Translations under genes and position numbers: made by a program
Part shown: in pieces, positions 25,891 to 38,285 of the stretch
How positions within the stretch are numbered: position 1 is the stretch's first letter
Layout: each line of letters starts with the position of its first letter
The notes under the pieces: generated by a model
What the model was told of the DNA's origin: nothing
Databases searched by the model: none
The model's input: only the letters and a program-made list of their open reading frames with translations
NCBI RefSeq assembly: GCF_044704955.1
Contig: NC_091987.1
Span: forward strand, 68,758,001-68,822,000
Direction: 5' to 3'
Length of the DNA: 64,000 nt
Origin: Pristiophorus japonicus
Taxonomy: Eukaryota

Positions 25891-26455
25891 GCAGTTTGTG
25901 TGGCCCCCGGTCTGTGAGCACCATCGGAGCAGACCGGGGAGCGGAAGGAGCAGCATGGCAGCGTACCACTCCAGAGAGCAGGAGAGCAACAGCAGTGAAG
26001 AGTGATGTCATCAAGGTCCAGGTTGGTGATTGGAGCGTGGGCAGGTACTGCAGCAGCGGCGAGGTCGGAGCGAAGGAGTGGCGAGAGACTGTAGAGGGAC
26101 GTGATCGGGGCCCAGGAGAGGCGCGAGTTCAGGGCCCAGAAGAGACGAGGGCCCAGGGGCAGCACGGGCCAGACCACACTGCGATATGTGCGCACTAGGT
26201 CCATGCAGCAGGTCTCCAGTTGTCTTGGTTAATCCTTGCTACTGGACCAAGACCTAGCTCTGTGAAGCCTGTGTGGTGGCTGGTGTGCAACGGTCACCAC
26301 ACGTTTTAAAAAAAAAAATCCAAGCACAGGCATCTTCCACCCATCAAGATTTAGTTCGGATCTGGAATTTTAGGTCCATCATTGAAACACCTGTGAACTT
26401 TTTGACTTGGAAGCAAGTCATCCTCGATTCGAGGGACTGCCTATGATGATGATGA
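25891..26455 (+). mobile_element. Non-autonomous RTE-tailed element
   Basis: Ends ggaagcaagtcatcctcgattcgagggactgcctat(gat)n like the RTE at 1-478. Body shared with 8507-9120. Confidence 0.75.
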
Positions 26456-26770
26456 CCACCAAACATATCTTCCCCTCTCTTTTTCATCATTCCAAAGGAA
26501 CCATTCCGTCCGCAACACCCAGGGTCACTCTTCAATCACCCCCAGCAACGCCTCCCCTTTCCACGGCACCTTTCCATGCAAGCGCAGGAGATGTAACACC
26601 TGTCCTTTTACCTCCTCACTTCCCACCCTCCAGGGCCCATACACTCCTTCCAGGTGAAAAAGCAATTTACTTGCACTTCTTGCAATTCAGTATACTGTAT
26701 TTGCTGTTCACACTGCCGTCTCCTCTACATTGGGGAGACCTAACGCAGATTGGGTGATCGCTTTGCGGAA

Positions 26771-27322
26771 CATAAGAACATAAGAAATAGAAGCAGGAAT
26801 AGGCCATATGGCCCCTCGAGCCTGCTCCGCCATTTAATAAGATCATGGTTGATCTGATCATGGACGCAGCTCCACTTCCCTGCCCGTTCCCCATAACCCT
26901 TCACTCCCTTATCATTCAAAAATCTGTCTATCTCCGCCTTAAATATATTCAATCACCCAGCCTCCACAGCTCTCTAGGACAGAGAATTCCAGATTTACGA
27001 TCCTCTGAGAGAACAAATTTCACCTCATCTCAGTTTTAAATGGGCGGCCCCTTATTCTTAAACTATGCCCCCTAGTTCTAGATTCCCCCACGAGTGGAAA
27101 CATCCTCTCTGCATCTACCTTGTCGAGCCCCCTCAGTATCTTATATGGTTCAATAAAATCGCCTCTCATTCTTCCAAACTCCAATGAGTATAGGCCCAAC
27201 CTGCTCAACCTTTCTTCATAAGTCAACCCCTTCATCTCAGGAATCAACCTAGTGAACCTTCTCTGAACTGCAATGCAAGTATATCCCTCCTTAAATAAGG
27301 AGACCAAAACTATATGCAATAC
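26771..27322 (-). mobile_element. CR1 LINE 3' fragment inserted in the PLE GIY-YIG region
   Basis: cataagaacataag tail; VQRRFTRLIPEMKGLTYEERL. Confidence 0.9.
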
Positions 27323-29511
27323 CCTAGGGGCCCTTCCATTCAGTCTGCAAGTGTGACCCTGAGCTTCCAATCACCAGTCATTTTAATTCTCCACCCCACT
27401 CCCACTCTGACCTCTCTGTCCTCTATGTCCTTGGCCTCCTACACTGTTCTAACGAATCTTAACGGAAGCTCGAGGAACAGCACCACATCTTTTGATTAGA
27501 TACTTTACAACCTTCCAGACTCAACATTGAGTTTCAGATCATAACCATTGCACCCATTTTTTTGGACAGCAGCTGTTGGTACTGATTCTGCTGTTGCCAT
27601 TTACAGCTCTTCTAGACCCATCTTTTGTTCCTTTACTTGTCCCATTGCCATCCTCTTTTGACTTGCACCGTCACCCCTTTTGTCATTTAATCTCTCCTGC
27701 CTTCCACTCTATCACAGACCTTCCCTTTTGTTATTTCCTTCCCTCCACCTTCCCCTCCCTCTGCACTTGCTTAAAACCTGTTACATCTCGAACTTTTTCC
27801 ATTTCTAAAGAAAGGTCATCGATCTGAAACGTTAACTTTGTTTCTCTCTCCGCAGATGGTGCCTGAACTGCTGAGTATTTCTACCATTTTCTGTTTTTAT
27901 TTCAGATTTCCAACAGCTGCAGTATTTTGTTTTTGTATTTATTTTGGGTATTGGCTGAGTGATAAATGTTGGCCAGAGCACCGGGCGATCTCCCCTGTTC
28001 TTCTGTGAATATTACCATGGGATCTTTTACATCCACCTGAGAGAGCAGACGGGGTTTCGGTTTAACGTCTCTTCCAAAAGACGGCACCTCCGACAGTGCA
28101 GCGCTCCCTCAGTACTGCACTGGAGTGTCAGCTTAGATTATGTGCTTAAGTTTCTGGAGTGGGACTTGAACCCACAACCTCCTGACTCGGAGACGAGAGT
28201 GCAACCACGGAATTATATGTTGCTTATCTGTGATATCTTCCAGCTCTGACGCAGGATCCATATCTGAAGTATTACCCTGTCTGCTCTCTCCACAGCTACT
28301 GCCTGACCAGCTGATAGTTTTCTGTTCCAAATTAAAATTAGACTTTTTAGAATCTGAGTTGCACGTTTAATTAAAAATAATTTTTTCACAGCTTACAAAT
28401 TATTTATAAACTCTATTAATATTACATTTGCAATTTCCATACACCATCATTTTACCTACGATCAGTTTACTTGGCACTTACTTAACAGATATCATTTTCC
28501 CCAGTTATGTTGAGCAGAACAATGGATACAATGTTTGTTTAGTTCCTCCCCCACTCCAGGAGAAAATCTGGCTTTGGCCTTGACAGTACAAATCGTTAGT
28601 GTTTCCAGAACATTCTGTTTGTTGATTTTTGATCCCCAAAGACTCTACAGAAAGGCACTTAATCTGAACAGTAATGGAGTCTGAGCAATGGTGTGTAAAC
28701 AGCAGGACATGGTGGCAAGTTATTCTTTCAACTTTTACAATCCCTTGTGTATATGGATTAACTTAGTATCACCTTCCCAAAGGGATACTTTGTGGCACAT
28801 TGCTCGTCACTGCTATTGTATAACAATTTCTTTCAATGAGTAGAACTGAAAATTATTATGAATTACTGTTTTGTATAAATTTCTAATAAATCATAATTTT
28901 TGCACATTGAAACTGCATAGGACTCACTGGCACAGTAGTTTAGTGCACTGTCCTTCCACCAGTGGGATAGGATTTGAACTCAGCCCAGACGGGTAACACC
29001 ATGGGGCTGAAATTCAGGATTCTCAACACAAGTACATAGATGGAAATACTTGTTCATGCTGTGGGCATTGACTCAGTTTCAAAGATGGCCTCGAGTACCT
29101 TGTCCAAGTACCCATAATTCATGTGTGAGCTTTAACTCTGAATGTTGATGAGCTGTTTGACCTTAGAAGCATCACAATCAAGCCTGCTCTCTTAACTAGT
29201 TTTCCTCCTCCCTACCCCAGGGACACTAGGGCCAATTTTATGATGACTACTGCAACTCCTACTGACCTAAGTCAGCCTGGGACCCTCCTGTTCTGTATGA
29301 CCATGTATTCCTGCAATCTTCTGATAGGCAGGGAAATGATCTAACTCTCCATGCATATGTAGGTTTGTGGGGTGGGGGATGTTGGAGGGTGTGGTCATTG
29401 GCAGAGTTTGGGTGAAGGGAGCGGAGTGTAGTACATGATCTAGGATGCATTGCCACCCTAGGTTATTTAGACTTTCTGTTGTTCTAGAATTATATTCGGA
29501 GCCATTGATTA

Positions 29512-29932
29512 GTGTCAGCTGTGGCTCAGTGGGTAGCACTCTCGCCTCTGAGTCAGAAGGTTGTGGGTTCAAGTTCAATCTAGGCTGACACTCCAGTGCA
29601 GTGCTGAGGGAGTGCTGCGCTGTCGGAGATGCGGTCTTTCGGATGAGACGTTAATCCAAGGTCCCGTCTGCTCTCTAAGCTGGGCGTAAACAATCCCATG
29701 ACACTATTTTGAAGAAGAGCAGGGGAGTTATCCCTGGTATCCTGGCCAATATTTATCCCTCAGTCAACATAATAAAAACAGGTTATCTGGTCATCATCAC
29801 ATTGCTGTTTGTGGGAGCTTGCTGTGCTCAAATTAGCTGCTGCGTTCCCTACCTTACAACAGTGACTACACTCCAAAAGTACTTCATTGGCTGTAAAGTG
29901 CTTTGAGACATCTGGTGGTTGTGAAGGGTGCC
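29512..29932 (+). mobile_element. DeuSINE (SacSINE1-like)
   Basis: gtggctcagtgggtagcactctcgcctctgagtcagaaggttgtgggttcaag head and Deu core. Confidence 0.85.
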
Positions 29933-31781
29933 TTTTCTAATATTGGCACATCCATAGGTTGCTGCATAACATTTGAGTGAGAGACAAACCGGGTCGCTGC
30001 GGCCCTGAAGAGAGTGGGGGCTGGGTCCATGGCCTGGAAGCTTGGAGGAAGCATGTAGTTCAGCAAGGAGACCATGGGCTGGGACCAGGAGGGAGCTGGA
30101 GTCCAAGGTTTGGGACCTGAGAGAGCGCAGGGAAACTGGAAATAGGGTCTGGGAGTCTGTAATAGTAATTGTACTTTGTGAAATAAATATTGAAGAAAGC
30201 TGTTTAGAGTAACATCAGCTGGAAACCAGCACGAATAATTCTTATTGAACAAATAGAAGCAGTTCATTTGCAAACCTATTTTGGTAAAAATATATAAAAA
30301 GAGAGCAATTTTTTTTGTATTACTTTTATGAGATAACTCTTTCCTTTTATTTCCAGGGTTAGCAGTGGTTTGCAGGTATGCCAGGGAGTGTAGTATGAGG
30401 CTGGTATGGACTGTGAAAGGACAGGGAAATGAGCACAGGTAGGCAAGGGACCAGGGAAGAACAAGCTGGAAAGGAGAGCATTATGGGCTTGGAGACTAAA
30501 GCACTTCTGGGGTGAGAAACAGGCACAAGCTGGCCAGAGAATGGGGTACAGGTGGTCTGGTGTGGAGTGGAACACTGTTGGGGCGGGAGCTGAGAGTGGG
30601 TGCATACTTCTCGCATCTAAATGGTCTCTGGAAACTATCAGAGTGATAATGCATCAATGTTCACCTGGTTCCCCAGGAACAATCAGAATGCTAGAAATGG
30701 AATACAGTAAATCTGCAGTTTACGAATTGATCTTCCATGGTATTGCTGATTGATGTAATTTGAGGGTAGGAAATGGAACTGTGTTGCTGATACACTCTTG
30801 ACTCCTGACTAATCTCAGGGTAGATTTCCTCTTAGCCTCATTTAATGACCCAAATTATGTGGGTCTACTTATAATTCCAGTTTCAGAGTTCTGCAGGGCT
30901 GGGCCTTTCAGATTGCCATGTGGCTGGCTACCTGTTGGTTAGACTTTCAGTTACAACTTGAACTCTTAAATATATACATTTAATTTAACTTAATTAACAT
31001 TTCCAGTTTCAGGCTTTAATTTCCTCAGTCTTCTGTTTCCTGTGGCCTGTTGTGTTTTTCTAGAATTAATTTAGCAAGCACAAATCAAATGGATGAGAGA
31101 AAGGGATGCATCTGATTTGAGATTTACAGACCAATATCAGAGGCAGATTAATCAATGAGACAAAGGAGATAGAGAAGTAATAACCCATGGACCAATAAGA
31201 AAATGCAGAGGAATCATGTAGTAAACCACTTCCCAGGTGAGGAGAGAGATAGATGGGTAGATGCTTACCTGACCTGAACTACAAGCTTACCACACTGATG
31301 TGCAAGAACTCTTGACAGTTCACCACTGGGAAATCAAACACATTTCCACAACTAATTCTGGTACTTTATTACGGATCAGTTCTGCAGTTGCAATCCTGGC
31401 AGGTTAATCATGAATCGTCCTCTTAGGACTGCCTGCCCCAAGTTAATAAATGTTTAATAAAAGGGCAGTGTTGTGAGGGTAAAAGAATAAATTCATTTCA
31501 ATGCTGCTTTGAATGCTGCATCAGGATTGATCACTTATGTGTAAAAGCTGAGGAACTTTAATTGTCATATTGATTTTACTGTTTGACTGCCGTGGGTCCC
31601 TAGAAAAGTTCAAAGCAGTTCACATGATTGACAAACATCAACTCAATAAAACTCCAGATGGTCTAATTCTACCTCTCTCCCAGATATTTATTTTCTAGTA
31701 TGGTGCTTGCATTTGGTGCAGCCCCACATTACTGACAACCTGAATTCATAATAAAATAAACACTCCTCGCATGTCTTAAAC

Positions 31782-32535
31782 GGCCATAATTTGCTGTCCA
31801 GCTAATGGCGTTCACTGTTATTTATGTGCAAATGCTACAGCAACTTCAGGCGAGGGTAGATGTGCCGTTAAATGCAGAAATCCAAAGGTGGCTGTCCGAG
31901 ATGCACCACTCTGCTGTTAGCTTCATGAAAATGACATTTTGCTGTGTGGCTCACCATTGAAATGCATTGAACGGCGTGAAGTTGCTGTCTGTACGCAGTA
32001 GATACAAACTAAACTCACCACAGAAAGTGTTTAAGTCTAGGTACACTTCAGTTCAATCTAAGTACCCTTTTATCAATGTGATAAGTGTGAATTACTGCCA
32101 AACAACCTCTCTGGCATTGAAATTTAAATGATTAAAAGTGTGGAGTCTCATTTCTTCAGGTTTTATTTGTTGTTAGAGATTTTTTAAATGTAACACTTTA
32201 AATAAAACATTTTTTTTATTTTTCCTTTGTCTTGTTTCACTCTGAATCCAATCTTTCTTTCCCTCTTTATTTTTCTTTCTGTACCTGATTTGACATTGAA
32301 TTCATCCACTCTCATTGAAATTTCCTTGCACTGTTAATTTCACAATCCTTCAATCTGCTGGCTAAGGAGATATACAGTTGCTGGTTCTGCTCACTCAGGA
32401 CCCAGATGCCTGGTATCCCTCGCTGTGATGTTATCAGCTCGCACTTTCAGCAAATTGCAATGCAAAATATTATTGCGATTAAACAGGCAAGGGCAAGTCT
32501 AACCATTCGTTGCCCTGCTACAGCAAATTATGGCC
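31782..32535. mobile_element. MITE with perfect 16-bp TIRs
   Basis: GGCCATAATTTGCTGT at 31782-31797 and ACAGCAAATTATGGCC at 32520-32535; no ORF inside. Confidence 0.75.
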
Positions 32536-33049
32536 CATTGTTTTAAAATGTAGCTGGCACAGGCACGATGGGCCGAATGGCCTCCTTCTGTGCTGTATCA
32601 TTCTATAACCAAGCTTTAATTTAGTGAAGTGAGCAGAATTAGAACTGCTGTAAAATTGCTTCCTTTAGAAGAGAAAAGGAATGAGATTTCAGAAAGTCCC
32701 CTCACAAAACAATGGACACTTTTAGTCCATTTGGAGCTTGGACATTTAAATATTGTAGTTGTATTTAAGGTAGTCCTGTGTGAATATCGAACTGGGCTAA
32801 GACAAAGCAACAAGAACATGAAAGTTTCAGGGAGTGTTTTTAAATTCATTTTAAACAAAACAATATAAACAACAAAGTATCTAAAATAAGAAAGCCATGA
32901 TGGTGAGGATGGTGGAAACCAAAATGAAAATACCTTGTGCTGCCCACTGGTCAAGGAAGGCATCTAATGAGTCGGCAGACACTGCATGTTGATGTTCAAA
33001 GGTCGCCTAGGCATGAACTATAGCTTGAAAGATGGACATGTAGTTAGAC

Positions 33050-36000
33050 GTGACCATCAGGAAGAGCAAGGGAAGCAAGATAGTGCAGGGGTCCCCTGCG
33101 GTCACCTCCCTCCAAAACAGATACACCGTTTTGGATACTGTTGAGGGAGGTGGCTCATCAGGGGAAGGCAGCAGCAGCCAAGTTCATGGCACCAGGGATG
33201 ACTCTGGTGCACAGGAGGGCAGGAAAAAGAGTGGGAGAGCTATCGTGATAGGGGATTCTATTGTAAGGGGAACAGATAGGCATTTCTGCGGCTGCAAACG
33301 AGATTCCAGGATGGTATGTTGCCTCCCTGGTGTAAGGGTCAAGGATGCCTCGGAGCGGCTGCAGGGCATTCTGGAGGGGAGGGGGTGGGGGGGGTGAACA
33401 GCCAGCTATCGTGGTACATATAGGTAAAAAATGGGATGAGGTCCTACAAGCTGAAGTTAGGGAGCTAGGAGTTAAATTAAAAAGTAGCACCTCAAAGGTA
33501 GTAATCTCAGGATTGCTACCAGTGCCACGTGCTAGTCAGAGTAGGAATAGCATGATAGTTCAGATGAATAAGTGGCGAGAGGAATGGTGCAAGGAGGAGG
33601 GATTCAAATTCCTGGGACATTGGAACTGGCTCTGGGGAAGGTGGGACCAGTACAAACCGGACGGTCTGCACCTGGGCAGGACCGGAACCGATGTCCTAGG
33701 CGGAGTGTTTGCTAGTGCTGTTGGGGAGGGTTTAAACTAATGTGGCAGGGGGTTGGGAATCTATGCAGGGAGACAGAGGGAAGTAAAAAGGGGGCAGAAG
33801 CAAAAGGTAGGAAGGAGAAAAGTAAGAGTTGAGGGCAGAGAAATCAAGGGCAAAAATCTAAAAGGGCCACATTACAACATAATTCTAAAAGGACAAAGAA
33901 TGTTAAAAAAACAAGCCTGAAGGCTCTGTGTCTCAATGCAAGGAGCATTCGTAATAAGGCGGATGAATTAACTGCGCAGATAGCAGTTAACGGATATGAT
34001 GTAATTGGGATTATGGAGACATGGCTCCAGGGTAACCAAGGCTAGGAACTCAACATCCAGGGGTATTCAATATTCAGGAAGGATAGAAAGGAAAAGGAGG
34101 TGGGGTAGCGTTACTGGTTAAAGAGGAGATTAATGCAATAGTAAGGAAGGACATTAGCTTGGATGATGTGGAATCTATATGGGTAGAGCTGCGAAACACC
34201 AAAGGGCAGAAAACGCTAGTGGGAGTTGTGTACAGACCACCAAACAGTAGTAGTGAGGTTGGGGATGGCATTAAACAGGAAATTAGGGATGCGTGCAATA
34301 AAGGTACAGCAGTTATCATGGGTAACTTTATCTACATATAGATTGGGCTAACCAAACTGGTAGCAATGCGGTGGAGGAGGATTTCCTGGAGTGTATAAGG
34401 GATGGTTTTCTAGACCAATATGTCAAGGAACCAACTAGAGAGCTGGCCATCCTAGACTGGGTCTTGTGTAATGAGAGAGGATTAATTAGCAATCTTGTCG
34501 TGCGAGGCCCCTTGGGGAAGAGTGACCATAATATGGTAGAATTCTTCATTAAGATGGAGGGTGACACAGTTAATTCAGAGACTAGGGTCCTGAACTTAAA
34601 GAATGGTAACTTCGATGGTATGAGACATGAATTGACTAGGATAGACTGGCGAATGATACTTAAAGTGTTGACGGTAGATAGGCAATGGCAGAAATTTAAA
34701 GATCACATGGATGAACTACAACAATTGTACATCCTTGTCTGGCGTAAAAATAAAACGGGGAAAGTGGCTCAACCGTGGCTAACAAGGGAAATTAGGGATA
34801 GTGTTCAATCCAAGGAAGAGGCATATAAATTGGCCAGAAAAAGCAGCAAACCTGAGGACTGGGAGAAATTTAGAATTCAGCAGAGGAGGACTAAGGGTTT
34901 AATTAGGAGGGGGAAATAGAGTATGAGAGTAAGCTTGCAGGGAACATAAAAACTGACTGTAAAAGCTTCTATAGATATGTGAAGAGAAAAAGATTAGTGA
35001 AGACAAATGTAGGTCCCTTGCAGTCAGAAGCAGGTGAATTCATAATGGGGAGCAAAGAAATGGCAGACCAATTGAACAAATACTTTGGTTCTGTCTTCAC
35101 TAAGGAAGACACGAATAACCTCCCGAAAATACTAGCGAGAAGGGGGAACTGAGGGAAATCCTTATTAGTCAGTAATGGTGTTAGGGAAATTGATGGGATT
35201 GAAGGCCGGTAAATCCCCAGGGCCTGATAGTCTACATCCCAGAGTACTTAAGAAAGTGGCCCTAGAAATAGAAGATGCATTGGTGGTCATTTTCCAACAT
35301 TCCATGGACTCTGGATCAGTTCCTATGGATTGGAGGGTAGCTAATGTAACTCCACTTTTTAAAAACGGAGGGAGGGAGAAAACAGGGAATTATAGACCAG
35401 TTAGCCTGACATCGGTAGTAGGGAAAATGCTGGAATCAATTATTAAAGATGTAATAGCAGCGCATTTGGAAAGCAGTGACAGGATCGGTCCAAGTCAGCA
35501 TGGATTTATGAAGGGGAAATCATGCTTGACAAATCTTCTAGAATTGTTTGAGGATGTAAGTGGAAGAGTGGATAAGGGAGAACCAGTGGATGTGGTGTAT
35601 TTGGACTTTCAAAAGGCTTTTGACAAGGTCCCACACAAGAGATTAGTGTGCAAAATTAAGGCACATGGTATTGGGGGTAATGTATTGACGTGGATAGAGA
35701 ACTATTGGCAGACTGGAAGCAAAATGTGGGAATAAATGGGTCCTTTTCAGAATGGCAGGCAGTGACTAGTGGGGTACTGCAAAGTTCAGTGCTGGGATCC
35801 CAGCTATTTACAATATACATTAATGATTTAGATGAAGGAATTGAGTGTAATATCTCCAAGTTTGCAGATGACACTAAGCTGGGTGGCAGTGTGAGCTGTG
35901 AGGAGGATGCTAAGAGGCTAGGCTGCAGGGTGTGCGGGCAAATGCATGGCAGATGCAGTATAATGTAGATAAATGTGAGGTTATCCACTTTGGTGGCAAA

Positions 36001-36774
36001 AACAGGAAGGCAGATTATTATCTGAATGGTGACAGATTAGTAAAACGGGAGGTGCAGCAAGACCTGGGTGTCATGGTACATCAGTCATTGAAAGTAGGCA
36101 TGCAGGTACAGCAGGCAGTAAAGAAAGCAAATGACATGTTGGCCTTCATAGCGAGAGGATTTGAGTATAGGAACAGGGAGGTCTTACTGCAGTTGTACAC
36201 GGCCTTGGTGAGACCACACCTTGAGTATTGTGTGCAGTTTTGGTCTCCTAATTTGAGGAAGGACATTCTTGTTATTGAGGGAGTGCAGCGAAGCTTCACC
36301 AGACTGATTCCCGGGATGGCCGGACTGACATATGAAGAAAGACTGGATTGACTAGGCTTATATTCACTGGAATTTAGAAGAATGAGAGGGGATCTCATAG
36401 AAGCATATAAAATTCTGATGGGTTAGATGCAGGAAGAATGTTCCTGATGTTGGGGAAGTCCAGAATCCGTGGTCACAGTCTAAGGATAAGGGGTAAGCCA
36501 TCTAGGACCGAGATGGGGAGAAACTTTTTCACCCAGAGAATGTGAACCTATGGAATTCTCTCCCACAGAAAGTTGTTGAGTCCAGTTCATTGGATATATT
36601 CAAAAGGGAGTTAGATGTGGCCCTTACGGCTAAAGGGATTAGGGGGTATGGAGAGAAGTCAGGAGTGGGGTACTGAATTTGCATGATCAGCTATGATCAT
36701 ATTGGCTGGTGGTGCAGGCTCGAAGGGCCGAATGGCCTGCTCCTGCACCTATTTTCTATGTTTCTATGTTTCTA
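33050..36774 (+). mobile_element. Near full-length CR1 LINE: ORF1 SGNH esterase plus ORF2 APE/RT, frameshifted
   Basis: GDSIVRG..CCLPG..PDGLHL; VYRPPN, LGKSDH; KSPGPD, NYRPVSL, YLDFQKAFDKV, KFADD; (ctatgttt)n tail. Confidence 0.95.
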
Positions 36775-38084
36775 AACCTGCCCAGTGCTTGTGTGCATCC
36801 TGGATTGTTGCTGGCAGACTTGGCTGGGCCCAGGAGGTACTACTTCCAGAATTGGTACCAGTGTGAACTGAAACTGGTCTGAAGTACTGATTTTGAACAT
36901 ATAAATTGCCTCAAATTGTATTGTTTAAGATATTAGATTTTGGCATATTACAAATTGTAACAAGTATAGCAAACAAGCACTGACTCTTCATTTAAAGCTC
37001 AGATTGTTTACTGGTCCTCAGTAAAACAGACTAGGAAGAGGATGTATGGTCACAAAATAACGTTTTACTTTGTGCACTAAATCTCTCCTGCTATTGTGAA
37101 CACTAATGAACCAGGGGTGGGGTTTAGCTTCTGGGCAACATAATTATGCAGAATATGTTGAATTACATATAATAACAATCCTCTCAGCACCTTCATTAGC
37201 ACAGGTCCCAGAAGCGTTGGGAAATTGCACAACATCCACCCACTTCTGGGCTAGGGCAACCAATTATTTTAGCAATCGAGTACTCAGTCAGTAACTAAAA
37301 TGTTCAGTGAGGAATTTAGACATTGAAGATTTTGTAAAATGCAGCCATTTTCCTCCTTAAAATGTGCATTCAGCTTCTCGCACAATAACCTGCCTTTGTT
37401 GCCCTAAACAAGCCCCTACTCATTCATCGTACATTTCTCATTCATTGTCCAGGATAGTGCACATCATCTTCGATGATTACCCAGCTAAAAGACTTGAATG
37501 AATGAAATAAAATGTCAGCTTTTGTTACTGAAATGGTACCAGCAGAATTGTGTTAGAGCAGGATTCGAATGACTGCATCTAATGTGTTTTACCCAGCATA
37601 TATTATCTTGCTTGAACTAAGAAAATAATCTGTTATTTAGTTTTCCCTTGATAATACAATTGATGTATTTAATCTGTTGCTATGTCACTAGCCAACAGAG
37701 AGTTATAATTAGGGATACAGATTGGCCTATTAATAGTCTATTCTCAAGGATCATTAACCCTTTCACCTTCTAGTTCAGCAGCTCTCAGGACATCACCAGA
37801 TTCTGGTTGTTGTGAAATTATTGTTGAAAGACGTTTTGGTTTCTTTAAAAAAAATCTCAAATTCTTACTAAATTCCATCTGTTTAATTCACAAAATGCCA
37901 CACAATTGGGATACTATTAATTCTGGGACAAAAGATAAAAGTAGCATCAGAATCAATACTATCCTGAGTACATTTTGTTCAAAGCTAAATAGATAGACAG
38001 AAATTAGGAAAAGGGAGGCTAAAAAGAAGCAACTAAATAGTTATGATAAAATACCAATATATCTGCTCATTTAAAAAAATGTAT

Positions 38085-38285
38085 CTGTATGTGTGTGTGT
38101 AATTCTGTCTGTATCTATGTGTATCTGTCAATGACTATCTGCAGACATGCGTCTGTATACCGATCTGTATTTATGTGTTTGCTTATGTGTCTTTATCTGT
38201 GTGTGTGTGTGTGTGTGTGTCTGTCTGTGTGTCCATATCTTTGTGTGTTGTCTTAGTCTGCATCTGCATGCTTGTGTGTGTGCTG
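38085..38285. repeat. (GT)n microsatellite with a degenerate TG-rich halo
   Basis: Pure GT run at ~38198-38220. Confidence 0.85.

Larger units (their letters stand above)
25226..27945 (+). mobile_element. Penelope-like element (RT C-half, GIY-YIG, pLTR), inverted partner of 24206-25225
   Basis: GPSYACLFVEYVE, YIDD at 25379-25390, FLD. GIY-YIG pieces at 26650-26770 and 27331-27540. Interrupted twice. Confidence 0.85.
24109..28207 (-). mobile_element. DeuSINE split into 24109-24205 and 27950-28207 by a Penelope insertion
   Basis: The halves rejoin as accagataatct..atg|ttggctgagtgataaat, matching the intact copies. Confidence 0.75.
22925..28330. mobile_element. Old palindromic Penelope-derived element; left arm 22925-23310, right arm 23845-24108 plus 28220-28330
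   Basis: 23845-24108 is a diverged reverse complement of 23041-23305, and 28220-28330 of 22930-23030. Confidence 0.65.
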
